From NCBI GenBank assembly GCA_036564075.1, contig DATCLE010000224.1, forward strand, positions 1 to 43,740: a DNA stretch of 43,740 bases, in the 5' to 3' direction. A program made the position numbers and the translations under genes. Source of the DNA: Dehalococcoidia bacterium (lineage in GTDB: Bacteria > Chloroflexota > Dehalococcoidia > DATCLE01). Of this stretch, positions 8,356 to 16,278 are shown in pieces. A model generated the notes under the pieces. It was given only the letters and a program-made list of their open reading frames with translations, had not been told where the DNA came from and ran no database searches. The first letter of the stretch is position 1. Each line of letters opens with the position of its first letter.

Positions 8356-8826
8356 ATGGACCGGGCCCTGGTGGACCGCGCGGTGGAGGCGTACGGCAAG
8401 GCCATGGCCGCGCTGGACCTGCTCCGGCTGCGGCTGTGGGAGGAGCGCAACATCTCCCTGGCGCAGCTCCGGGTGCTGGCGGTGCTGCGGGCCCAGGAGC
8501 CGCTGACGCCCGGCCGTCTGGCGGACGTGCTGCTGGTCAGCCCGTCCACCGTCACCGGCCTCACGGACCGGCTGGTCCGCCAGGGCCTCATTGCCCGCCG
8601 TGACGACCCGGAGGACCGCCGGGTGATCCGCCTCTACCTCACCGAGGAGGGCCGGCGGATGATCGAGGAGGTGGGCGAGGCGGGCCGGGCCTACATCCGG
8701 GAGGTGATGGCCGTCATCCCGCCGGAGCGGCGGGAGGCCACGGTGCACGCCCTGGAGGAGTTCGTGCGCGCGCTCAGGGCGGTGGACCGCGCGCGGCTGC
8801 TGGAGGGGACCGCCCCGGCGCGCTGA
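8356..8826 (+). CDS. MarR family transcriptional regulator
   Basis: Winged-helix core LAQLRVLAVLRAQEPLTPGRLADVLLVSPSTVTGLTDRLVRQGLIARRDDPEDRRVIRLYLTEEG. ATG 8356 sits 5 nt after GGAGG. The track start 8335 is an alternative. Confidence 0.85.
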   Translation: MDRALVDRAVEAYGKAMAALDLLRLRLWEERNISLAQLRVLAVLRAQEPLTPGRLADVLLVSPSTVTGLTDRLVRQGLIARRDDPEDRRVIRLYLTEEGRRMIEEVGEAGRAYIREVMAVIPPERREATVHALEEFVRALRAVDRARLLEGTAPAR

Positions 8827-8841
8827 CCTGCAGGAGGAGAG

Positions 8842-10341
8842 ATGGCTGAGTACGGGTTGCCCGTGGTGGTGGGCGTGGGCCAGGTCACGCAGCGCACGGC
8901 TGACCTGGCAGAGGCGCAGGAGCCCCTGGCCCTCATGGAGACGGCCGCCCGCCGGGCGGAGGAGGACGCCGGGGTCCCCGGCCTCCTGGCGCGGGCGGAC
9001 TCCGTGCAGGTGGTGAACGTCTTCTCCTGGCCCTCCCCGGATCCGCCCGGGGACCTGGCGGCCCGCCTGGGTGCCGAAGCGCGGGAGCGGCTCTACAGCG
9101 CCGCGGGCGGCAACGCACCCCAGTGGCTGGTCAACGAGACGGCCGACCGCCTGGCACGGGGCCGGGTCCGCCTGGCCCTCATTGCCGGTGCGGAGGCCAT
9201 GCACTCCTACCGCCGGGCCCGGGCCGCCGGGGCCGAGCTGCCGTGGACGCCGCGCTCCCGGCCGCAGGTCACCTTCGGCGTGGACCGGCCCGGCACCACG
9301 GACGTGGAGAACGCCCACCACGCGGACATCCCCATCCGCCTGTACCCCCTGTTCGAGAACGCCCTCCGCGCCCACTACGGCGAGTCCATCCCGGAGCACC
9401 AGCAGCGCATGGGGGCGCTGTTCTCCCGGTTCACCCAGGTGGCGGCCGCCAACCCCTACGCCTGGTTCCCCCAGGCCCGGACGGCGGAGGAGCTGGCCCA
9501 GCCCGCGCCGGACAACCGCTGGATCGCCTTCCCCTACCCCAAGCGGTTGAACGCCATCATGGAGGTGGACCAGGGCGCCGCCCTCATCCTCACTACGGAC
9601 GCCACGGCGCGGGAACTGGGCATCCCCCGGGATCGCTGGGTCTACCTCTGGAGCGGCGCCCACGCCCACGACCGCTGGTTCGTCAGCGACCGGGTGAACT
9701 ACTACACCTCGCCCGCCATCCGGGCCGTGGGCCGCGCCGTGCTGGAGCTGGCGGGCCTGACCATCGACCGGATCGACTTCTTCGACCTCTACAGCTGTTT
9801 CCCCTCCGTGGTGCAGATCGCCTGCGACATGCTGGGGATCCCCCGGGACGACCCCCGCCCCCTCACGGTGACGGGCGGGCTGCCGTACTTCGGCGGGCCG
9901 GGCAACAACTACACCACCCACGCCATTGCCGCCATGGTGGAGCGCCTGCGCGCCCGGCCCGGCACCAAGGGGCTGGTCACCGCCAACGGCTACTACGTCA
10001 CCAAGCACGCCGCCGGCATCTACAGCGCGGAGCCGCCGCCCGGCCCCTGGCGTCCCGCCGAGAACGCCGCCATCCAGGCGGAGGTGGAGGCCCAGCCGGG
10101 GCCGCCTGTGGCGGACCGGGCCGAAGGCGACGCCACCATCGAGACGTACACCGTCGTCTTCGGCCGCGACGGCGAGCCGGAGTACGGCATCGTCATCGGC
10201 CGGCTGGCGGACGGCCGCCGCTTCGTGGCCAACGCCTTCCAGCGGGACGCCCTGCTGGCGTGGACCCGGGAGGAGGCGGTGGGCCTGCGCGGCCGCGTCT
10301 CCCACGACCCGTCCCGCGGCGTCAACGTCTTCCAGGCCTAG
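8842..10341 (+). CDS. Thiolase-fold (SCP-x/Ltp-like) protein with a C-terminal OB-fold (DUF35-like) extension
   Basis: The C-terminal thiolase domain motifs DFFDLYSCFPSVVQIACDMLGI and GGLPYFGGPGNNYTTH are present. The last 110 aa or so (GDATIETYTVVFGRDGEPEYGIVIGRLADGRRFVAN...GLRGRV) resemble a DUF35 OB-fold. There is no Cys anywhere in the first 300 aa or so. Confidence 0.8.
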   Translation: MAEYGLPVVVGVGQVTQRTADLAEAQEPLALMETAARRAEEDAGVPGLLARADSVQVVNVFSWPSPDPPGDLAARLGAEARERLYSAAGGNAPQWLVNETADRLARGRVRLALIAGAEAMHSYRRARAAGAELPWTPRSRPQVTFGVDRPGTTDVENAHHADIPIRLYPLFENALRAHYGESIPEHQQRMGALFSRFTQVAAANPYAWFPQARTAEELAQPAPDNRWIAFPYPKRLNAIMEVDQGAALILTTDATARELGIPRDRWVYLWSGAHAHDRWFVSDRVNYYTSPAIRAVGRAVLELAGLTIDRIDFFDLYSCFPSVVQIACDMLGIPRDDPRPLTVTGGLPYFGGPGNNYTTHAIAAMVERLRARPGTKGLVTANGYYVTKHAAGIYSAEPPPGPWRPAENAAIQAEVEAQPGPPVADRAEGDATIETYTVVFGRDGEPEYGIVIGRLADGRRFVANAFQRDALLAWTREEAVGLRGRVSHDPSRGVNVFQA

Positions 10342-10456
10342 CCCCCTCGGCGAATACCACACCTGGCCGATGCAGCGGCCTCCGTACCGGCGCGAAGCTC
10401 CGGATGGAGGCCCCTGCGCCCCCGGCGACCACACACCACGAGGAGGGTTGACGGCC

Positions 10457-10939
10457 ATGATGCAACGTTGGGACCCGTTCCGGGAGATGGAGAGCATGCG
10501 CGAGCGCATGGCGCGGATGTTCGAGGACCTGTGGGGCCGGCCCGAGGAACGGGAGGCGACCATGGTGATGACGCCGGCCATGGACGTCATTGAGCACGAC
10601 AACGACTACGAGATCCGTGCGTCGCTGCCTGGCGTGAAGCCGGAGGACGTGGACATCACCGCCACCGGCAACACCCTCACCATCCGCGCCAACCGGAAGG
10701 AGGAGCGGGAGGAGCGCTCCGAGAACTACCTGCTGCGGGAGCGGCGCGCCGGTACCTTCTCCCGCACCATCACCCTGCCGGAGCAGGTGAACATCGACCA
10801 GGTGCAGGCCAGCCTGGACAACGGCGTGCTCACCGTCATGGTGCCCAAGTCTGAGCACGCCCGGCCCAAGCGCATCGAGGTGAAGGCGGGCGGCGGCACC
10901 CAGCAGATCCCGGCGGGCGGCCAGAGCCAGCAGATGTAG
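10457..10939 (+). CDS. Small heat shock protein, Hsp20/alpha-crystallin family (second paralog)
   Basis: MMQRWDPFREM..., DYEIRASLPGVKPEDVDITATGNTLTIRA, FSRTITLP, GVLTVMVPK. GGAGGG lies 9 nt before the ATG. Confidence 0.9.
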   Translation: MMQRWDPFREMESMRERMARMFEDLWGRPEEREATMVMTPAMDVIEHDNDYEIRASLPGVKPEDVDITATGNTLTIRANRKEEREERSENYLLRERRAGTFSRTITLPEQVNIDQVQASLDNGVLTVMVPKSEHARPKRIEVKAGGGTQQIPAGGQSQQM

Positions 10940-10963
10940 CGCCCCGTCCAGGAGCAGGACCCC

Positions 10964-10991
10964 GGACGGCGGGCCGTGCGGCCCGCCGTCC
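10964..10991. terminator. Bidirectional terminator hairpin
   Basis: GGACGGCGGGCC, loop gtgc, GGCCCGCCGTCC. This is a perfect 12-bp stem between the convergent hsp20 (stop 10939) and HAD hydrolase (stop 11008). Confidence 0.6.
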
Positions 10992-11007
10992 CGCGCCTCC
11001 CGCTTCC

Positions 11008-11682
11008 CTACCCCTCCGCGTACAGCGCGGCCAGGACCGCTGCCGGGCTCCGCTCCGCCAGGGAGGCCACCACCAGGTCCGCCTCCGCCAGCCGCTCCGG
11101 CGGGTGGCCGCTGGCCACCGCCAGGCAGCGCATGTCCGCCGCCTTCGCCGCCGCCACCCCCGCCGGCGCGTCCTCCACCACCAGGCAGTCCGCGGGCGTA
11201 CAGCCCAGGGCGCGGGCCGCCGCCAGGAAGATGTCCGGCGCCGGCTTCCCCCGCTCCACGTCCTCAGCGGCGCAGACGGCGGCGAACCGGTCGCGGATGC
11301 CCAGGCGGCCCAGCACCACCTCCACGTTCTCCCGCGGCGTGGAGGAGGCGATGGCGTGGCGGATGCCCCGCCGCGCCGCCTCCTGCAGCCACGCCTCCGC
11401 CCCGGGCGCCAGCGCGGCCCGCTCCGCCGCCAGCTCCCGGTAGGCGCGCTCCTTCCGGTCCGCCACCCGCGCCAGCAGGGCGGGTTCCGCGTCCGGCCCC
11501 AGGAAGCGGCGCAGGATCTCCTCGTTCCGCTGGCCGAAGGTCTCCCAGAACTGCTCGTGCGTCATGGTGACGCCGGCCTCGGCCAGGGCGTGGCGCCAGG
11601 AGGTGTAGTGGAGCTCCGCGGAGAGCACCAGGACACCGTCCAGGTCCCAGAGGATAGCGGCGGGTTGTCGTGGAGGGCGCAT
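11008..11682 (-). CDS. HAD-IA family hydrolase (beta-phosphoglucomutase/phosphatase-like)
   Basis: Motif I ILWDLDGVLV, motif II IASST, motif III/IV K...LVVEDAPAGVAAAKAADM. Confidence 0.85.
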   Translation of the reverse strand: MRPPRQPAAILWDLDGVLVLSAELHYTSWRHALAEAGVTMTHEQFWETFGQRNEEILRRFLGPDAEPALLARVADRKERAYRELAAERAALAPGAEAWLQEAARRGIRHAIASSTPRENVEVVLGRLGIRDRFAAVCAAEDVERGKPAPDIFLAAARALGCTPADCLVVEDAPAGVAAAKAADMRCLAVASGHPPERLAEADLVVASLAERSPAAVLAALYAEG

Positions 11683-12060
11683 CGTCTCCCAGTCTACCCG
11701 CCGCCCGGCCTACGGGCCACCGGCCGCCGCGGCCCTGCCGCCCCTCTGTCATGCCGCGTCGTTCCACAGCAGGGGAAGCACAGGAAGCGACGGAGCCGGC
11801 GGCGCGGCGCCAGATCCGCCGCCCTTCCCGGCGGAAGGGGACAGATGACATAAGACTTATCGGGGCGGGGTTCCGATGCCGCCCGGCGGGACATGGGATG
11901 GGGCGGGGCCGGTCTCCCTGGAGCGGCGTCGGAACCGCTGAGCCGGAGGGGCGGCCGGCGCTCCTTGCTGGGGCGATCCGGTGGTTGGTATCATGGACGT
12001 GCCCTCCACCGGAGGGCGACGGCCGGCACCCCGGATGCAGCACGAGAACGGAGCGGGCAC

Positions 12061-12666
<606 letters not shown>

Positions 12667-13016
12667 CGGGCCGTCCCGGCAGGGGGACGGTGCCCCGCGC
12701 GAACCGGGAGGCGGAACCGCCGGACGCCGGCGGACGCCTCCCGGAGCCGTTGCAGGAGTGGGACGGGCGGGGAACCCCGCCGTGCCCGCCGCCGGAAGCC
12801 CCTCATGGCCCCCGTGGCCGGGGGGCCGCGGAACAACCGGGGACCTCACCCGGGAGGCGCGAATCCAGCGAGGCGACGCTGGTCCAGGCGGGCGCCTCCC
12901 TCACCGCCCTGGGGAGCAAGGGAGCGGCGCCAGAGGGCGCGGCCCGGTGGCTGGCGGGACCCGGCGCCGCCGGGACGGCGCTCCGGGCGGCGTGGTGACC
13001 CTGCGGGAGGCAGACG

Positions 13017-13241
13017 GTGGTACAGGTACGGGTGGACGAAGCGGCGAGGCAGGAGTACCGGCAGGCCTACGACCGGTGGATGGAGGACCTGGCGCGGGTC
13101 CACGCGGTCTTCCTAGAGGGGGAACGGATGGACCCCCTGCACCTGAAGGCGCTGCTGACGCGCGAGAGCAAGTCCAAGGAGCGGTACGACGCGGCCCGCC
13201 GGCGGCTCCTGGGGCTGCCGGATCCGGAGGAGGCCTCCTGA
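13017..13241 (+). CDS. Hypothetical small helical protein (74 aa)
   Basis: GTG 13017 sits 6 nt after GGGAGG. The sequence is charged, amphipathic and non-repetitive (VDEAARQEYRQAYDRWMEDLARVHAVFLEGE...). Codons are GC3-rich. No family recognised. Confidence 0.45.
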   Translation: MVQVRVDEAARQEYRQAYDRWMEDLARVHAVFLEGERMDPLHLKALLTRESKSKERYDAARRRLLGLPDPEEAS

Positions 13242-13251
13242 ACCGGCGCCG

Positions 13252-14568
13252 CTACTCCTCGATGAAGTAGGCGGCGCAGGCCCGGTCAATGGACTCCCGG
13301 TCCACGCGCGGCGGCACCCCCTCGAACCGGGCGATGTCCAGCATCAGCTCGATGATGTCGCGGGCGTGGCAGCCCCGGAACTCCCGCCCCTGGGCCACGT
13401 AGTACGTCTCGATGAGGTACTGGAGGGCGTCTTCCTCCATGGGCACGCGCATGCGCTGCGCCGTGCGCCGGAAGATCTCCTCGAACTCGCTCCGCGTGGG
13501 GTTGGGGATCAGCACCTTGTGCCGGATGCGCCGCAGGAACGCCTCGTCCCCCAACTGGCGCGGCGGCATGTTGGTGGAGAAGACAATGAGGCAGTCGAAG
13601 GGAATGGAGACGGTCTCGCCCGTCTGGAAGCTCAGGTAGTCCCACCCCTTCTCCAGCGGCACGATCCAGCGGTTCAGCAGCTCTTTGGGCCGGATGAGCT
13701 GACGGCCGAAGTCGTCCACCAGCAGCACCCCATTGTTGGCCTTCATCTGGAGCGGCGCCACGTAGAACTTGGAGGTCTGGTCGTAGAGGAGCTCCAGGTT
13801 CTGGAGGGTGAGCTCGCCGCCGGCCACCACCATGGGCCGCTGCGACTTGATCCAGCGGCGGTCCCGTCGCCGCTCCACGCCCGCCGTCAGTCCGCCGTTC
13901 CCGTCGCCGTTCTCCTCCTCGGGGCTCTCCACGGCCACGTGGATGCGGGGGTCAAACACCCGGATGATGTGGCCGTTCGCCTCCACGGCGTAGGGGATGA
14001 GGACGTTGCCCGGCAGCATGCGGCCCAGCCGCTCCGCCACCGTGCTCTTGCCGTTGCCCGGCGCGCCGAAGAGGAGCACGGAGCGGCCGGAGTTGATGGC
14101 GGGGCCCAGGGTCCGCAGGGTGCGGCGGCTCAGCACCAGGTCCCCCAGCGCCGCCTCCAGCTCCCGGGGCGAGAGGGCCGCGCCCCGCACCGACTGGTAC
14201 CGCACCGCCTCCACGTAGACCCGCAGCGGCACCGGCGCCGGCCCCACGTAGGCGCTGCGCTCCATGACCTCCGCCACCTTGTCCGCGCCGCGGGAGGTGA
14301 GGGTGTACCGGTAGCTCTGCTCCGAGGTGCCGGAACCGGGCAGGATCTCGCAGTACTGCTCCCGGCGGAGGAACTCCAGCCCCTCCTGGATCACGCGGAA
14401 GGGGAGGGCCAGGAAGTCGGCGATGTCCCGGCCGGCGGCCCGGCCCTGGAGGTAGACCGCCTTGAGGATGAGGTCCGCTACCAGCGAGGGTTCCAGGCCC
14501 GTCTCGGCGATGCTCTGCGGCGCCGGGATGAAGGGCACGTCCCGGGGCGGGCTCTGCGTGGTGGTCAT
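13252..14568 (-). CDS. AAA+ ATPase (classical AAA-like core) with an N-terminal winged-helix-like domain; function unknown
   Basis: Walker A LLFGAPGNGKSTVAERL, Walker B VLLVDDFGRQ, sensor-1 LIVFSTN, and the Arg-finger region EAFLRRIRHKVLIPNPTRSEFEEIF. The first 170 aa or so (GRDIADFLALPFRVIQEGLEFLRREQYCEI) look wHTH-like. ATG 14568 is preceded by AGGAG. The track ORF up to 15129 is a spurious extension. Confidence 0.85.
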   Translation of the reverse strand: MTTTQSPPRDVPFIPAPQSIAETGLEPSLVADLILKAVYLQGRAAGRDIADFLALPFRVIQEGLEFLRREQYCEILPGSGTSEQSYRYTLTSRGADKVAEVMERSAYVGPAPVPLRVYVEAVRYQSVRGAALSPRELEAALGDLVLSRRTLRTLGPAINSGRSVLLFGAPGNGKSTVAERLGRMLPGNVLIPYAVEANGHIIRVFDPRIHVAVESPEEENGDGNGGLTAGVERRRDRRWIKSQRPMVVAGGELTLQNLELLYDQTSKFYVAPLQMKANNGVLLVDDFGRQLIRPKELLNRWIVPLEKGWDYLSFQTGETVSIPFDCLIVFSTNMPPRQLGDEAFLRRIRHKVLIPNPTRSEFEEIFRRTAQRMRVPMEEDALQYLIETYYVAQGREFRGCHARDIIELMLDIARFEGVPPRVDRESIDRACAAYFIEE

Positions 14569-14882
14569 GAACGGCCGCTCCTGGTGGCGTCTGCTTCCGT
14601 GCACGGGCGGGCATGCGGGCGCCGGGCGCCCGGCGCGGCGCACGCCCTCCCTCCACTCTCGATCATCGGCAGGCCCACGCCGATGGAGAGCGTCCGGGGG
14701 CCGGGCCCGGCCCCAGCGTACGCCGTCCCCTTCTCCCAACGCATGAGGGGTTTCCCCCATTGCAGCGCTCCCACGCCCTGATCCCCCGGGGTGCAGGCCC
14801 TGATGCGTCCTGCCGATAAAAGAAACATGGGGGAGCGCCCCGACGTTAACGTGGGCGACGCGAGGAAACCGCCATCGGGGGC

Positions 14883-15716
14883 GTGGAGACCGGGACATCG
14901 TGCATGAGCGAACGTGACCTGCTGGCCCAGGCACCGCAGCGGGACTGGCCCGCCTTCGACGCGTTGTTCCGGCAGACGGTCCACCCTGTCCACCGCTTCC
15001 TCTTCGGCCTGTGCGGGGAACGGCTCCACGCGGAGCTGCTGACCCTGCGCACCTTTGAGGCGGCGTGGCGACAGGGGATCCCGCACCTGACGCACCTCTC
15101 CTCCCCGGCCTGGGTCCTCCGCCTGGCATGGCAACTGGTCCGGCGGGAGGCCGGGCCGCAGACGCCGTCGGAGGCGCCGGAGGAGGTGGAGCCGGCGGTC
15201 TGGCGGGCGCTGCTGGGGCTCAGCCGGGAGACCCGGGCGGCGCTGCTGCTGCGGGTGGGCGAACGGCTGCCGGCCGGCGCGGTGGCCCAGGTCACCGGCA
15301 CGGACGTGGCCCGGGTGCGCGCCGCCGTCTACCACGGGGCGCTGGCGGGGGCCGGGCTCCCGCCCAACGGGCTGCCCGCGCAGCAGTGGGAGGCCTTTGA
15401 ACGGTTGCTGGACGGGGCACTGGCGGAGCCGGAGGGGGAGCCCCCGGCGGACCCGCTGGCCCGCGGCGTCCGGGCCGTGGCCCGGGCCTATGACCGGCTG
15501 CGGGCGGACCCGGCCTTTGTGCTGCGGACCAAGGTCAAGCTGGCCACCGCCGCCAAGGCGGAGGCGCACGGAAAGAACGGCAACGGCCGGTTGCCCCGGC
15601 GTGGAAACAACGGTCGGGGACCGGCGTTTCTAGAGGTACGAAATCGGGAGCGCGGGGCGCCGGGGAGCCGCCCGGCCGGCGGCCTTCCGGTCCGGCGGAC
15701 CCGCACCGGCAACTAG
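14883..15716 (+). CDS. ECF-type sigma-70 family factor with a C-terminal extension of about 120 aa
   Basis: The region 2-like segment (FDALFRQTVHPVHRFLFGLCGERLHAELLTLRTFEAAWRQ...WVLRLAWQLVRRE) aligns by eye with RpoE region 2. The region 4.2-like HTH is LSRETRAALLLRVGERLPAGAVAQVTGTDVARVRAAVYHG. The start is uncertain between GTG 14883 and ATG 14904. The C-terminal tail is low-complexity near its end. Confidence 0.65.
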   Translation: METGTSCMSERDLLAQAPQRDWPAFDALFRQTVHPVHRFLFGLCGERLHAELLTLRTFEAAWRQGIPHLTHLSSPAWVLRLAWQLVRREAGPQTPSEAPEEVEPAVWRALLGLSRETRAALLLRVGERLPAGAVAQVTGTDVARVRAAVYHGALAGAGLPPNGLPAQQWEAFERLLDGALAEPEGEPPADPLARGVRAVARAYDRLRADPAFVLRTKVKLATAAKAEAHGKNGNGRLPRRGNNGRGPAFLEVRNRERGAPGSRPAGGLPVRRTRTGN

Positions 15717-15774
15717 CAGCACCCGCCGGGGGTGGACGGCGCCGGCCGTCGGCGGCCCGGCGGGCACTGCTAGG
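15714..15774 (+). terminator. Long imperfect stem-loop that includes the sigma gene stop codon
   Basis: CTAGCAG (15714-20) pairs with CTGCTAG (15768-74). CCCGCCGGG (15723-31) pairs with CCCGGCGGG (15757-65). GACGGC (15736-41) pairs with GCCGTC (15746-51) around the loop GCCG. No U-tract follows. Confidence 0.4.
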
Positions 15775-15947
15775 GCCCACAAAGGGGGTGAGGCCGTAGC
15801 AGGACGGAAAGACAGCACTGTGGAACCGGTCGGTACTGGGAGACCGGTCGGCGCGGGTGCCGGCCGGGAGCCATGGCGGATGTCGGACCGTGCGAGTACG
15901 GCCAGGGACGCCATGGAAGAGGAAGCACGCACAAAGGAGGCACAACC

Positions 15948-16169
15948 TTGATCGCTCTGGTGAACAACACGCTGCTCCGGCTGATGGCGGCCGTCCAGGC
16001 CCGGAAGATGCAGGTGGAGGAAGAGGGCCAGACCCTGGTGGAGTACGCGCTGATCATCGCGCTGGTTTCCATCGGCCTCATCCTGGCCCTCACCGCGCTG
16101 CGGGACGACATTGCCGCGGTCTTCGACGAGATCGGCGCGGCCCTGGGTGGTGCTGGCAGCAGCAGCTAA
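15948..16169 (+). CDS. flp: Flp family type IVb pilin
   Basis: The processing and hydrophobic motif EEEG/QTLVEYALIIALVSIGLILAL matches the Flp G/XXXXEY signature. The TTG 15948 start sits 7 nt after AAGGAGG. Alternative in-frame ATGs are at 15984 and 16008. The track ORF from 15873 is probably too long. Confidence 0.8.
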   Translation: MIALVNNTLLRLMAAVQARKMQVEEEGQTLVEYALIIALVSIGLILALTALRDDIAAVFDEIGAALGGAGSSS

Positions 16170-16190
16170 GCCGCACCGGCGGCAAGCACG

Positions 16191-16218
16191 GGGAGGCGGG
16201 GCTCCGGCCCCGCCCTCC
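16191..16218 (+). terminator. GC-rich hairpin immediately after flp (probable partial terminator or attenuator)
   Basis: GGGAGGCGGGGC, loop tccg, GCCCCGCCCTCC. The stem is 11-12 bp with one bulged C and begins 22 nt after the flp stop. Confidence 0.5.
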
Positions 16219-16278
16219 GGGGGCGTGCCTCACCCGCCGGTGGGGCCCGCCCCCGGGGGTAGTCAACCGGAGGCAGGC

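Noticed and set aside
181-10939. The two hsp20 paralogs in inverted orientation, about 10 kb apart, as possible boundaries of a mobile or invertible segment.
   Set aside because: The proteins are only about 40% identical by eye, with no nucleotide-level inverted repeat, and the intervening genes are ordinary metabolic genes. This is most simply ancient paralogy.
11683-12060. A possible Moco riboswitch in the 378-nt region upstream of the molybdopterin oxidoreductase gene.
   Set aside because: Hairpins are present, but I could not recognise the conserved Moco-motif core elements or overall architecture. An Infernal scan with RF01055 would settle it.
12758-13270. The 170-aa and 103-aa plus-strand ORFs (12758..13270 and 12805..13116) that overlap the long intergenic gap and the 74-aa ORF.
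   Set aside because: Their translations are Gly/Arg/Pro-rich with no SD. The alternative frame starting at GTG 13017 has an SD and a protein-like composition.
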